A DNA stretch of 64,000 nt from Eledone cirrhosa. Lineage: Eukaryota. How positions within the stretch are numbered: the first letter of the stretch is position 1; each line of letters begins with the position of its first letter. Location of the stretch: assembly GCA_964016885.1 (NCBI GenBank), contig OZ024766.1, positions 9,424,001-9,488,000 of the forward strand, read 5' to 3'. This document shows positions 1 to 12,591 of the stretch, piece by piece. Under the pieces are notes generated by a model. That model had not been told where the DNA came from. It did no database searches and worked only from the letters and a program-made list of their open reading frames with translations. The position numbers and the translations under genes are program-made.

Positions 1-3000
1 CTACCACATTACAGCGTGGACTGGGAGCTTCTTACCATGTTACCTACACTACCACATTACAGTGTGGACTGGGAGCTTCTTACCATGTTACCTACACTAC
101 CACATTACAGCGTGGACTGGGAGCTTCTTACCGTGTTACCTCCACTACCACATTACAGCGTGGACTGGGAGCTTCTTACCATGTTACCTACACTACCACA
201 TTACAGCGTGGACTGGGAGCTTCTTACCATGTTACCTACACTACCACATTACAGTGTGGACTGGGAGCTTCTTACCATGTTACCTACACTACCACATTAC
301 AGTGTGGACTGGGAGCTTCTTACCATGTTACCTACACTACCACATTACAGTGTGGACTAGGAGCTTCTTACCGTGTTACCTACACTACCACATTACAGTG
401 TGGACTGGGAGCTTCTTACCGTGTTACCTACACTACCACATTACAGTGTGGACTGGGAGCTTCTTACCGTGTTACCTACACTACCACATTACAGTGTGGA
501 CTGGGAGCTTCTTACCGTGTTACCTACACTACCACATTACAGTGTGGACTGGGAGCTTCTTACCGTGTTACCTACACTACCACATTACAGCGTGGACTGG
601 GAGCTTCTTACCATGTTACCTACACTACCACATTACAGTGTGGACTGGGAGCTTCTTACCGTGTTACCTACACTACCACATTACAGTGTGGACTGGGAGC
701 TTCTTACCATGTTACCTACACTACCACATTACAGTGTGGACTGGGAGCTTCTTACTGTGTTACCTACACTACCACATTACAGTGTGGACTGGGAGCTTCT
801 TACCGTGTTACCTACACTACCACATTACAGTGTGGACTGGGGGCTTCTTACCATGTTACCTACACTACCACATTACAGTGTGGACTGGGAGCTTCTTACC
901 GTGTTACCTACACTACCACATTACAGTGTGGACTGGGAGCTTTTTACCGTGTTACCTACACTACCACATTACAGTGTGGACTGGGAGCTTCTTACCGTGT
1001 TACCTACACTACCACATTACAGTGTGGACTGGGGGCTTCTTACCATGTTACCTACACTACCACATTACAGTGTGGACTGGGAGCTTCTTACCGTGTTACC
1101 TACACTACCACATTACAGTGTGGACTGGGGGCTTCTTACCATGTTACCTACACTACCACATTACAGTGTGGACTGGGAGCTTCTTACCGTGTTACCTACA
1201 CTACCACATTACAGTGTGGACTGGGGGCTTCTTACCATGTTACCTACACTACCACATTACAGTGTGGACTGGGAGCTTCTTACCGTGTTACCTACACTAC
1301 CACATTACAGTGTGGACTGGCTTCTTACCATGTTACCTACACTACCACATTACAGTGTGGACTGGGAGCTTCTTACCGTGTTACCTACACTACCACATTA
1401 CAGTGTGGACTGGGAGCTACTTACCGTGTTACCTACACTACCACATTACAGTGTGGACTGGGAGCTTCTTACCGTGTTACCTACACTACCACATTACAGT
1501 GTGGACTGGGAGCTTCTTACCATGTTACCTACACTACCACATTACAGTGTGGACTGGGAGCTTTTTACCGTGTTACCTACACTACCACATTACAGTGTGG
1601 ACTGGGAGCTTCTTACCATGTTACCTACACTACCACATTACAGTGTGGACTGGGAGCTTCTTACCGTGTTACCTACACTACCACATTACAGTGTGGACTG
1701 GGAGCTACTTACCGTGTTACCTACACTACCACATTACAGTGTGGACTGGGAGCTTCTTACCATGTTACCTACACTACCACATTACAGTGTGGACTGGGAG
1801 CTTCTTACCGTGTTACCTACACTACCACATTACAGTGTGGACTGGGAGCTTCTTACCATGTTACCTACACTACCACATTACAGTGTGGACTGGGAGCTAC
1901 TTACCGTGTTACCTACACTACCACATTACAGTGTGGACTGGGAGCTTCTTACCATGTTACCTACACTACCACATTACAGTGTGGACTGGGAGCTTCTTAC
2001 CGTGTTACCTACACTACCACATTACAGTGTGGACTGGGAGCTTCTTACCGTGTTACCTACACTACCACATTACAGTGTGGACTGGGAGCTTCTTACCGTG
2101 TTACCTACACTACCACATTACAGTGTGGACTGGGAGCTTCTTACCGTGTTACCTACACTACCACATTACAGTGTGGACTGGGAGCTTCTTACCATGTTAC
2201 CTACACTACCACATTACAGTGTGGACTGGGAGCTTCTTACCGTGTTACCTCCACTACCACATTACAGTGTGGACTGGGAGCTACTTACCATGTTACCTAC
2301 ACTACCACATTACAGTGTGGACTGGGAGCTTCTTACCGTGTTACCTACACTACCACATTACAGTGTGGACTGGGAGCTTCTTACCGTGTTACCTACACTA
2401 CCACATTACAGTGTGGACTGGGAGCTTCTTACCGTGTTACCTACACTACCACATTACAGTGTGGACTGGGAGCTTCTTACCGTGTTACCTACACTACCAC
2501 ATTACAGTGTGGACTGGGAGCTTCTTACCATGTTACCTCCACTACCACATTACAGTGTGGACTGGGAGCTTCTTACCATGTTACCTCCACTACCACATTA
2601 CAGTGTGGACTAGGAGCTTCTTACTGTGTTACCTACACTACCACATTACAGCGTGGACTGGGAGCTTCTTACCGTGTTACCTACACTACCACATTACAGT
2701 GTGGACTGGGGGCTTCTTACCGTGTTACCTACACTACCACATTACAGTGTGGACTGGGAGCTTCTTACCGTGTTACCTACACTACCACATTACAGTGTGG
2801 ACTGGGAGCTTCTTACCGTGTTACCTACACTACCACATTACAGTGTGGACTGGGAGCTTCTTACCATGTTACCTCCACTACCACATTACAGTGTGGACTA
2901 GGAGCTTCTTACTGTGTTACCTACACTACCACATTACAGCGTGGACTGGGAGCTTCTTACCGTGTTACCTACACTACCACATTACAGTGTGGACTGGGAG

Positions 3001-3765
3001 CTTCTTACTGTGTTACCTACACTACCACATTACAGTGTGGACTGGGAGCTTCTTACCGTGTTACCTACACTACCACATTACAGTGTGGACTGGGAGCTTT
3101 TTACCGTGTTACCTACACTACCACTTTACAGTGTGGACTGGGAGCTTCTTACCATGTTACCTACACTACCACATTACAGTGTGGACTAGGAGCTTCTTAC
3201 TGTGTTACCTACACTACCACATTACAGTGTGGACTGGGAGCTTCTTACCATGTTACCTACACTACCACATTACAGTGTGGACTGGGAGCTTCTTACTGTG
3301 TTACCTACACTACCACATTACAGTGTGGACTGGGAGCTTCTTACCGTGTTACCTACACTACCACATTACAGTGTGGACTGGGAGCTTCTTACCATGTTAC
3401 CTACACTACCACATTACAGTGTGGACTGGGAGCTTCTTACTGTGTTACCTACACTACCACATTACAGTGTGGACTGGGAGCTTCTTACCGTGTTACCTAC
3501 ACTACCACATTACAGTGTGGACTGGGAGCTTCTTACCATGTTACCTACACTACCACATTACAGTGTGGACTGGGAGCTTCTTACTGTGTTACCTACACTA
3601 CCACATTACAGTGTGGACTGGGAGCTTCTTACCCTGTTACCTACACTACCACATTACAGTGTGGACTGGGAGCTTCTTACCATGTTACCTACACTACCAC
3701 ATTACAGTGTGGACTGGGAGCTTCTTACCGTGTTACCTCCACTACCACATTACAGCGTGGACTGT
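1..3765. repeat. 48-bp minisatellite (~78 copies, open at window start) derived from a SINE-internal segment
   Basis: Unit CTACCACATTACAGTGTGGACTGGGAGCTTCTTACCRTGTTACCTACA. It matches the single-copy segment at ~4605-4665 of the neighbouring SINE and continues at 3765-4025 into sequence homologous to 5003-5253. Confidence 0.97.
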
Positions 3766-4180
3766 GTGTATTTTTTGTCGTGACACATACACGACCTCAT
3801 TTATTTTGGACTGGATGTTGTGGTACCAACATAACTTTATAGAGAAAGGGGTGGTGTTGGTGAGAGGATGGAGTAGGGGTAGTGGGTTGGCGTGTATGTT
3901 TGGTTTGGAGGGCTCTACTGACTGTAGGTTTCGCTTCGTACATAGGCAAGGCGAGTCTTCTGTATTACTGCGTGGCGCCAAAGATCTCGGTCCAGTGACA
4001 TTGTTTTAGAGAGGTGCAAGTGTGTATTATTCTGGGTCTATTATTGTTGTTTTATTTTCTCTTCAGGTACGTGGTCCATCTAGTTTGAGTAGGTAGGTAC
4101 CCAGCAACCTTTCCAGGTGCTGTGTTGCCAGAAGCCGTCACCCCGAGCGCCCACAACCCTCAGCCCAGTGCCTGAACTCC

Positions 4181-4291
4181 ATGATGTCGTTAGTTGAGCT
4201 TGGAAAGCAGTTGCTGGACGCCGCCAAGAGGGGTGACACTGATGAAGTGAGAACCCTGATGTCAAATGGAGCCCCTTTCACTACAGACTGG
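4181..4291 (+). CDS. GABPB1: GA-binding protein beta subunit, coding exon 1 ([37 protein letters not shown])
   Basis: Closely matches the vertebrate GABPB N-terminus [33 protein letters not shown]. Donor TGG|GTAAGT at 4292; upstream acceptor ttctcttcag at 4066; in-frame stop at 4094 upstream of the ATG. Confidence 0.95.
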
Positions 4292-4440
4292 GTAAGTTTG
4301 ACCCCTTTTCTTCTTCTCTTTCTAGAACTCTAGTCAAGGATATGAAATTATTTATTGCTTCATTTCTACGTGCGTTTCAATACAGCCATAATGTCACATC
4401 CATTTGTAGAAAATAGTGAAGTACTACACTATACTCACAT

Positions 4441-5253
4441 ATCATCATCGTCATCATCATCATCATCGTTTAACGTCCATCTTCCACGCTTGCATGGGTT
4501 TGGACGGGAATTTTCCCACTTGAGGCAAGATTGGTTGTCTTGCTCGCATAGGACTGTCTGGCGGGTTTTCTACGGCTGGATGCCCTTCCTAACACCAACC
4601 ACGTTTACAGTGTGGACTGGGAGGTTTTTACCGTGTTGCCTACACGGCCACATTACAGCGTGGACTGTCTGGCGGGTTTTCTACAGCTGGATGCCCTTCC
4701 TAACACCAACCATGTTTACAGTGTGGGACTGGGAGGTTTTTACCGTGTTACCTACACGGCCACATTACAGCGTGGACTGTCTGGCGGGTTTTCTACAGCT
4801 GGATGCCCTTCCTAACACCAACCACGTTTACAGTGTGGGCCTGGGAGGTTTTTACCGTGTTACCTACACGGCCACATTACAGCGTGGACTGTCTGGCGGG
4901 TTTTCTACAGTTGGATGCCCTTCCTAACACCAACCACGTTTACAGTGTGGGACTGGGAGGTTTTTACCATGTTACCTACACGGCCACATTACAGCGTGGA
5001 CTGTGTGTTTTTGTCGTGACACCTACACAACCTCATTTATTTAGGACTGGATGTTGTGGTACCAACATAACTTTACATCGAAAGGGGGTGGTGTGGATGG
5101 GGTGGGGGTAGTGGGACGGGGGTGTATTTTGGGTAAGAGGTGCCTACTGACTAGGTTTCGCTTTGCACTTAGGCAAGGCGGGTCTTCTGTATTACTGCAT
5201 AGCGCCAAAGATCTCAGTCCAGTGACATTGTCTTGGAGAGGTGTAAATGTGTG
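4441..5253 (-). mobile_element. SINE-like element with RTE-type 3' tail and internal ~112-bp tandem repeats
   Basis: On the minus strand the tail reads ...GGACGTTAAAC(GAT)n. It shares GGTGTTAGGAAGGGCATCCAG with the other SINEs; related copies at ~19805-20050, 37760-37950, 54610-54760 and 62250-62400. Confidence 0.75.
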
Positions 5254-5254
5254 A

Positions 5255-5530
5255 GGTCGGAATTTATCAAGTCCTAGGTTTTTCTGGGTCTGCCTACTCC
5301 GTGGCTACCGTCTATTTTGATCGCCCTACACTTTTTTATACAGCTGTCGTCTTTCATGTGCATCACGTGACCATACCAACGTAGTCTTCTCTCGAGTAAA
5401 CAACATCTGATCCCTCTTATTCCTAATTTCTCCCTTAGTTCATTTATGCTTTGCCGTTCACGTATATTATTATTACACATCCAGCGGAGCATGCAAGCTT
5501 CTGTTTCTAAATTCATGCAAGTGTCCTCAA
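5255..5530 (-). mobile_element. RTE-clade LINE 3' ORF fragment
   Basis: Translation EACMLRWMC...LREKLGIRGI...RRLRWYGHVMHMKDD...GRPRKT is typical of an RTE ORF C-terminus. Confidence 0.85.
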
Positions 5531-5588
5531 AAAACTGAGCAGCCCTGCATATATATAAATATATATATTTATTAAAATAACAGATTAA

Positions 5589-5639
5589 AGTTTAAGCAAA
5601 GAATCGCTGCTTTCACCCTTAACGGGATCTTCTGAAACT
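5589..5639 (-). ncRNA. Type-I hammerhead-like fold with variant core CAGAAGA (copy 1 of 3)
   Basis: Minus strand: AGTTT-CAGAAGA-TCCC gttaa GGGT-GAA-AGCA gcgattctt TGCT-T^AAACT. Stems I, II and III all pair. Confidence 0.6.
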
Positions 5640-6165
5640 AACAAAGTCAATCTGTAAACGCAGAACTGGATATTTCAAAAAACGTTGCAACCGGAGGAAG
5701 ACAGGAAGACGATACTTTGGTTCGTGGAAACGTTCGCTGGCAAAGAACGGGAAAAAACGAATAATACGTCATTAATAGGAGCGGTGAAAAACAATTACGC
5801 GCAAAGACAGAACCAAGTTTATGGTATAAAGGAGGTCGTAGACTAATGTTCTCTAAGTGGTGCATAGAGACGTTCTCTGGCAATGAACGGAAAAAACGAA
5901 GATAATAAGTCATATGTGGAGCGTGGAGAACAATTACGCGCAAAGACAGAACCAAGTTTATGGTATAAAAGAGGTCGTAGACTAATGTTCTCTGAGGTGG
6001 TGCATAGAGACGTTATATATATATGTGTGTGTGTGTGTGTTTACATTTATGTTTACATTTGTTTAGGTCTTGTAACTTAGTAGTTCAACAAACAAGAGAT
6101 CAATAAAATATATACCAGACTTACTTGAAAAGCAAACTACTGGGTTCAATATGACTGACCCTATA

Positions 6166-6722
6166 TCATCATCATTTCATTTTACGTCCCCTTTTCCCTG
6201 CTTGCAAGGGTGGGACAGGAACTGATTCTGGCTTGATTTCTACAGCTGGATGCCCTTCCTAACACCAACCTCATTTACAGTGAGTGCTGGGTGCTTTTTT
6301 GCCGTGGCACCTCCACGACCACTTTGCAGTGGAATGATAGGGACCCCAGTCCCTATCATCTCATTTCTACAGCTGGATGCCCTTCCTAACACCAACCTCA
6401 TTTACAGTGAGTGCTGGGTGCTTTTTTGCCGTGGCACCTCCACGACCACTTTGCAGTGGAATGATAGGGACCCCAGTCCCTATCATCTCATTTCTACAGC
6501 TGGATGCCCTTCCTAACACCAACCTCATTTACAGTGAGTGCTGGGTGCTTTTTTGCCGTGGCACCTCCACGACCACTTTGCAGTGGAATCATAGGGACCC
6601 CAGTCCCTATCATCTCATTTCTACACCTGAGTAAACTGGAGCAATGTGAAATAAAGTGTCTTGTTCAAGGAAACAACACATCACCCGGTCTGAGAATTGA
6701 ACTCACAACCTTTCGATTGGAG
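6166..6722 (-). mobile_element. tRNA-derived CORE-type SINE with an internal 127-bp segment triplicated
   Basis: Same family as 25472-26280; the repeated ORF starts at 6250, 6377 and 6504 give the 127-bp period. Confidence 0.85.
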
Positions 6723-6744
6723 TAGCGAAACAATTGTAAACGGG

Positions 6745-6781
<37 letters not shown>

Positions 6782-6954
6782 ATTATTATTATTATTCTCT
6801 ACATTCCTTACATCAAACTAAAATATGTTGACAATCTTTTAATAATGTCTTCCTTGTGAAATTTATGGTCTTGTTTTTGCTTAACTAATGAATATATATA
6901 TATATATATATATCTTCTTTTTCGCCCACTTATACCTGAGAGGGTTGTAGTGGC

Positions 6955-7150
6955 AGAGTCCTCAAACACTTTTTACAGAGGGTCCTGTCAGAATATACTG
7001 TCTCCAACTAATCCAGCTGGATCCCCAACCATCTTGCTGGGGGGTCTACCCTTGGGTCTCCTACCGGTTGGTTTTGACTGTAAAATCTGTTCAGCGATTC
7101 TTTCCTGAGACATTCTAACCACATGTCCATAGTATCACAGCTGTGATCTC
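6955..7150 (-). mobile_element. RTE-clade LINE 3' fragment that seeds the adjacent 60-bp satellite
   Basis: Minus-strand translation [37 protein letters not shown]. Confidence 0.8.
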
Positions 7151-10100
7151 TCAATTCAGAGATTCTTTCCTGAGACATCCTAACCACATGTCTGTAGTAT
7201 CAGAGCTGCGATCTCTCAATTCAGAGATTCTTTCCTGAGACATTCTAACCACATGTCCATAGTATCACAGCTGTGATATCTCAATTCAGAGATTCTTTCC
7301 TGAGACATTCTAACCACATGTCCATAGTATCAGAGCTGTGATCTCTCAATTCAGAGATTCTTTCCTGAGACATTCTAACCACATGTCCATAGTATCAGAG
7401 CTGTGATCTCTCAATTCAGAGATTCTTTCCTGAGACATTCTAACCACATGTCCATAGTATCAGAGCTGTGATCTCTCAATTCAGAGATTCTTTCCTGAGA
7501 CATTCTAACCACATGTCCATAGTATCAGAGCTGTGATCTCTCAATTCAGTGATTCTTTCCTGAGACATTCTAACCACATGTCCATAGTATCACAGCTGTG
7601 ATCTCTCAATTCAGAGATTCTTTCTTCAGACATTCTAACCACATGTCCATAGTATCAGAGCTGTGATCTCTCAATTCAGAGATTCTTTCCTGAGACATTC
7701 TAACCACATGTCCATAGTATCGGAGCTGTGATCTCTCATTTCAGAGATTCTTTCTTCAGACATTCTAACCACATGTCCATAGTATCAGAGCTGTGATCTC
7801 TCAATTCAGAGATTCTTTCCTGAGACATTCTAATCACATGTCCATAGTATCAGAGCTGTGATCTCTCAATTCAGAGGTTCTTTCCTGAGACATTCTAACC
7901 ACATGTCCATAGTATCAGAGCTGTGATCTCTCAATTCAGAGATTCTTTCCTGAGACATTCTAACCACATGTCCATAGTATTGGAGCTGTGATCTCTCAAT
8001 TCAGAGATTCTTTCCTGAGACATTCTAACCACATGTCCATAGTATCAGAGCTGTGATATCTCAATTCAGAGATTCTTTCCTGAGACATTCTAACCACATG
8101 TCCATAGTATCAGAGCTGTGATCTCTCAATTCAGAGATTCTTTCCTGAGACATTCTAACCACATGTCCATAGTATCAGAGCTGTGATCTCTTAATTAGGA
8201 GATTCTTTCCTGAGACATTCTAACCACATTTCAATAGTATCAGAGCTGTGATCTCTTAATTAGGAGATTCTTTCCTGAGACATTCTAACCACATGTCCAT
8301 AGTATCAGAGCTGTGATCTCTTAATTAGGAGATTCTTTCCTGAGACATTCTAACCACATGTCCATAGTATCGGAGCTGTGATCTCTCAATTTAGAGATTC
8401 TTTACTCAGACATTCTAACCACATGTCCATAGTATCAGAGCTGTGATCTCTCAATTCAGTGATTCTTTCCTGAGACATTCTAACCACATGTCCATAGTAT
8501 CAGAGCTGTGATCTCTCAATTCAGAGATTCTTTCCTGAGACATTCTAACCACATGTCCATAGTATCAGAGCTGTGATCTCTCAATTTAGAGATTCTTTCC
8601 TGAGACATTCTAACCACATGTCCATAGTATCAGAGCTGTGGTCTCTCAATTCAGAGATTCTTTCCTGAGACATTCTAACCACATGTCTGTAGTATCAGAG
8701 CTGTGGTCTCTCAATTCAGAGATTCTTTCCTGAGACATTCTAACCACATGTCCATAGTATCAGAGCTGTGGTCTCTCAATTCAGAGATTCTTTCCTGAGA
8801 CATTCTAACCACATGTCTGTAGTATCAGAGCTGCGATCTCTCAATTCAGAGATTCTTTCCTGAGACATTCTAACCACATGTCCATAGTATCACAGCTGTG
8901 ATCTCTCAATTCAGAGATTCTTTCCTGAGACATTCTAACCACATGTCCATAGTATCAGAGCTGTGATCTCTCAATTCAGAGATTCTTTCCTGAGACATTC
9001 TAATCACATGTCCATAGTATCAGAGCTGTGATCTCTCAATTCAGAGGTTCTTTCCTGAGACATTCTAACCACATGTCCATAGTATCAGAGCTGTGATCTC
9101 TCAATTCAGAGATTCTTTCCTGAGACATTCTAACCACATGTCCATAGTATTGGAGCTGTGATCTCTCAATTCAGAGATTCTTTCCTGAGACATTCTAACC
9201 ACATGTCCATAGTATCAGAGCTGTGATCTCTCAATTCAGAGATTCTTTCCTGAGACATTCTAACCACATGTCCATAGTATTGGAGCTGTGATCTCTCAAT
9301 TTAGAGATTCTTTCCTGAGACATTCTAACCACATGTCCATAGTATCACAGCTGTGATCTCTCAATTCAGAGATTCTTTCTTCAGACATTCTAACCACATG
9401 TCCATAGTATCAGAGCTGTGATCCCTCAATTCAGAGATTCTTTCCTGAGACATTCTAACCACATGTCCATAGTATCAGAGCTGTGATCTCTCAATTCAGA
9501 GATTCTTTCCTGAGACATTCTAACCACATGTCCATAGTATCGGAGCTGTGATCTCTCATTTCAGAGATTCTTTCTTCAGACATTCTAACCACATGTCCAT
9601 AGTATCAGAGCTGTGATCTCTCAATTCAGAGATTCTTTCCTGAGACATTCTAATCACATGTCCATAGTATCAGAGCTGTGATCTCTCAATTCAGAGGTTC
9701 TTTCCTGAGACATTCTAACCACATGTCCATAGTATCAGAGCTGTGATCTCTCAATTCAGAGATTCTTTCCTGAGACATTCTAACCACATGTCCATAGTAT
9801 TGGAGCTGTGATCTCTCAATTCAGAGATTCTTTCCTGAGACATTCTAACCACATGTCCATAGTATCAGAGCTGTGATATCTCAATTCAGAGATTCTTTCC
9901 TGAGACATTCTAACCACATGTCCATAGTATCAGAGCTGTGATCTCTCAATTCAGAGATTCTTTCCTGAGACATTCTAACCACATGTCCATAGTATCAGAG
10001 CTGTGATCTCTTAATTAGGAGATTCTTTCCTGAGACATTCTAACCACATGTCAATAGTATCAGAGCTGTGATCTCTTAATTAGGAGATTCTTTCCTGAGA

Positions 10101-10267
10101 CATTCTAACCACATGTCCATAGTATCAGAGCTGTGATCTCTTAATTAGGAGATTCTTTCCTGAGACATTCTAACCACATGTCCATAGTATCAGAGCTGTG
10201 ATCTCTCAATTCAGAGATTCTTTCCTGAGACATTCTAACCACATGTCCATAGTATCAGAGCTGTGAT
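7087..10267. repeat. 60-bp minisatellite (~53 copies)
   Basis: Unit GATTCTTTCCTGAGACATTCTAACCACATGTCCATAGTATCAGAGCTGTGATCTCTCAATTCAGA; the array ends ~40 bp before the GABPB exon 2 acceptor. Confidence 0.97.
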
Positions 10268-10306
10268 GATGATATATTACATATTTTTATTTTTCTCTCT
10301 CCACAG

Positions 10307-10504
10307 CTTGGAATGTCACCATTACACTTTGCTGCTCGGAATGGTCACTTTCAAACAGCTGATGTCCTGCTGAGGGCCGGAATTAGCAGAGATGCTCGAA
10401 CCAAAGTCGACCGAACACCCCTACACGTTGCTTCCCAGGAGGGTCATGTAACTATCGTTAACCTCTTACTGGCCAATTCTGCAGATATAGAAGCTAAAGA
10501 CATG
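10307..10504 (+). CDS. GABPB1: GABPB coding exon 2 (ankyrin repeats; [14 protein letters not shown]...[13 protein letters not shown]...ADIEAKDM)
   Basis: Acceptor ctctctccacag|, donor ATG|GTAGCT, 198 nt, phase 0/0; carries the GABPB signature [17 protein letters not shown]. Confidence 0.96.
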
Positions 10505-10711
10505 GTAGCTACTCTTTTATTATCGTTTAATGTCCATTTTTCCACACTAGCATGGGCTAGACGATTTGTCCTGCTGTGAGTCAAGCCCGATCAGATGCGA
10601 TGACCGTGTCTTGCTCATATGGAACTGTTTCTGGCTTGGTTTTTACAGCTGGATGTCCTTCCTAACCCCAACCACTCTATAGTGGGCACTGGGTGCTTTT
10701 TGTCATGGCAC

Positions 10712-12305
10712 CAGGGGTGTTTGGAACATAACTTAACAAAGGTTCTTATATGAAATTATGAGGGATGGTTTTTAGATAAATATAAACACTTTAAAACCAG
10801 CTTTATGTCATAGAACCAAGGGTGTTTGGAACATAACTTAACAAAGGTTCTTATATAAAATTATGAGGGATGGTTTTTAGATAAATATAAACACTTTAAA
10901 ACCAGCTTTATGTCATAGAACCAAGGGTGTTTGGAACATAACTTAACAAAGGTTCTTATATAAAATTATGTGGGACAGTTTTTAGATAAATATAAATAGT
11001 TTTATATCATAGAAACAGGGGAGTTTGGAACATAACTTAACAAAGGTTCTTATATAAAATTATGAGGGATGGTTTTTAGATAAATATTAACACTTTAAAA
11101 CCAGTTTTATATCATAGAACCAGGGGTGTTTGGAACATAGCTTAACAAAGGTTCTTATATAAAATTATGAGGGATGGTTTTTAGATAAATATTAACACTT
11201 TAAAACCAGTTTTATATCATAGAACCAAGGGTGTTTGGAACATAACTTAACAAAGGTTCTTATATAAAATTATGTGGGACAGTTTTTAGATAAATATAAA
11301 TAGTTTTATATCATAGAAACAGGGGAGTTTGGAACGTAACTTAACAAAGGTTCTTATATGAAATTATGAGGGATGGTTTTTAGATAAATATTAACACTTT
11401 AAAACCAGTTTTATATCATAGAACCAAGGGTGTTTGGAACATAACTTAACAAAGGTTATATAAAATTATGTGGGACAGTTTTTAGATAAATATAAATAGT
11501 TTTATATCATAGAAACAGGGGAGTTTGGAACGTAACTTAACAAAGGTTCTTATATGAAATTATGAGGGATGGTTTTTAGATAAATATTAACACTTTAAAA
11601 CCAGTTTTATATCATAGAACCAAGGGTGTTTGGAACATAACTTAACAAAGGTTATATAAAATTATGTGGGACAGTTTTTAGATAAATATAAATAGTTTTA
11701 TATCATAGAAACAGGGGAGTTTGGAACGTAACTTAACAAAGGTTCTTATATGAAATTATGAGGGATGGTTTTTAGATAAATATTAACACTTTAAAACCAG
11801 TTTTATATCATAGAACCAGGGGTGTTTGGAACATAACTTAACAGAGGTTCTTATATAAAATTATGAGGGATGGTTTTTAGATAAATATTAACACTTTAAA
11901 ACCAGTTTTATATCATAGAACCAGGGGTGTTTGGAACATAACTTAACAAAGGTTCTTATATAAAATTATGAGGGGTGGTTTTTAGATAAATATTAACACT
12001 TTAAAACCAGCTTTATATCATAGAACCAAGGCTGTTTGGAACATAACTTAACAAAGGTTCGCATATAAAATTATGAGGGATGGTTTTTAGATAAATATTA
12101 ACACTTTAAAACCAGCTTTATATCATAGAACCAAGGCTGTTTGAAACATAACTTAACAAAGGTTCTTTCATAAAATTATGTGGGACGGTTTTTAGATAAA
12201 TATAAATAGTTTTATATCATAGAAACAGGGGAGTTTGGAACGTAACTTAACAAAGGTTCTTTCATAAAATTATGAGGGATGGTTTTTAGATAAATATAAA
12301 TATTT
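10712..12305. repeat. ~95-105-bp tandem repeat amplified from a MITE interior
   Basis: Unit ...GTTTGGAACATAACTTAACAAAGGTTCTTATATAAAATTATGAGGGATGGTTTTTAGATAAAT...; reverse-complement copies at 40270-40665 and 48010-48565. Confidence 0.9.
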
Positions 12306-12348
12306 TCATGACCCAATTTCTAATGTAAGTAAAAATTCTACTGTCCAG

Positions 12349-12447
12349 TTAAAGATGACCCCACTACACTGGGCTACAGAAAAGGGACATTTAACCATCG
12401 TGGAGCTGTTGATAAAGAACGGTGCTGATGTCAATGTAGACGATAAG
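12349..12447 (+). CDS. GABPB1: GABPB coding exon 3 ([33 protein letters not shown])
   Basis: Acceptor ctgtccag|, donor AAG|GTAAGA, 99 nt = one ankyrin repeat. Confidence 0.96.
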
Positions 12448-12591
12448 GTAAGAATTTTGGTTTTGGTTATTGCTTTTCTATATTTTGTGCTTTTATGTTT
12501 TGTATATATGTATTTATATACATTACTAGGAAAGAAAACACACATATCAAGCAATGCCTGTGGTTAAAGCTTTCTTAAACCTTTAGCATTC

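Noticed and set aside
62-4009. 1315-aa and 746-aa ORFs; array superficially CRISPR-like
   Set aside because: Pure 48-bp tandem repeat (multiple of 3, stop-free by chance), no unique spacers, no cas genes, SINE-derived, eukaryotic context.
10505-10579. Read-through of GABPB exon 2 giving a short ankyrin-only isoform
   Set aside because: The donor GTAGCT is weak, but the extension is SINE sequence and nothing in the DNA supports its use.
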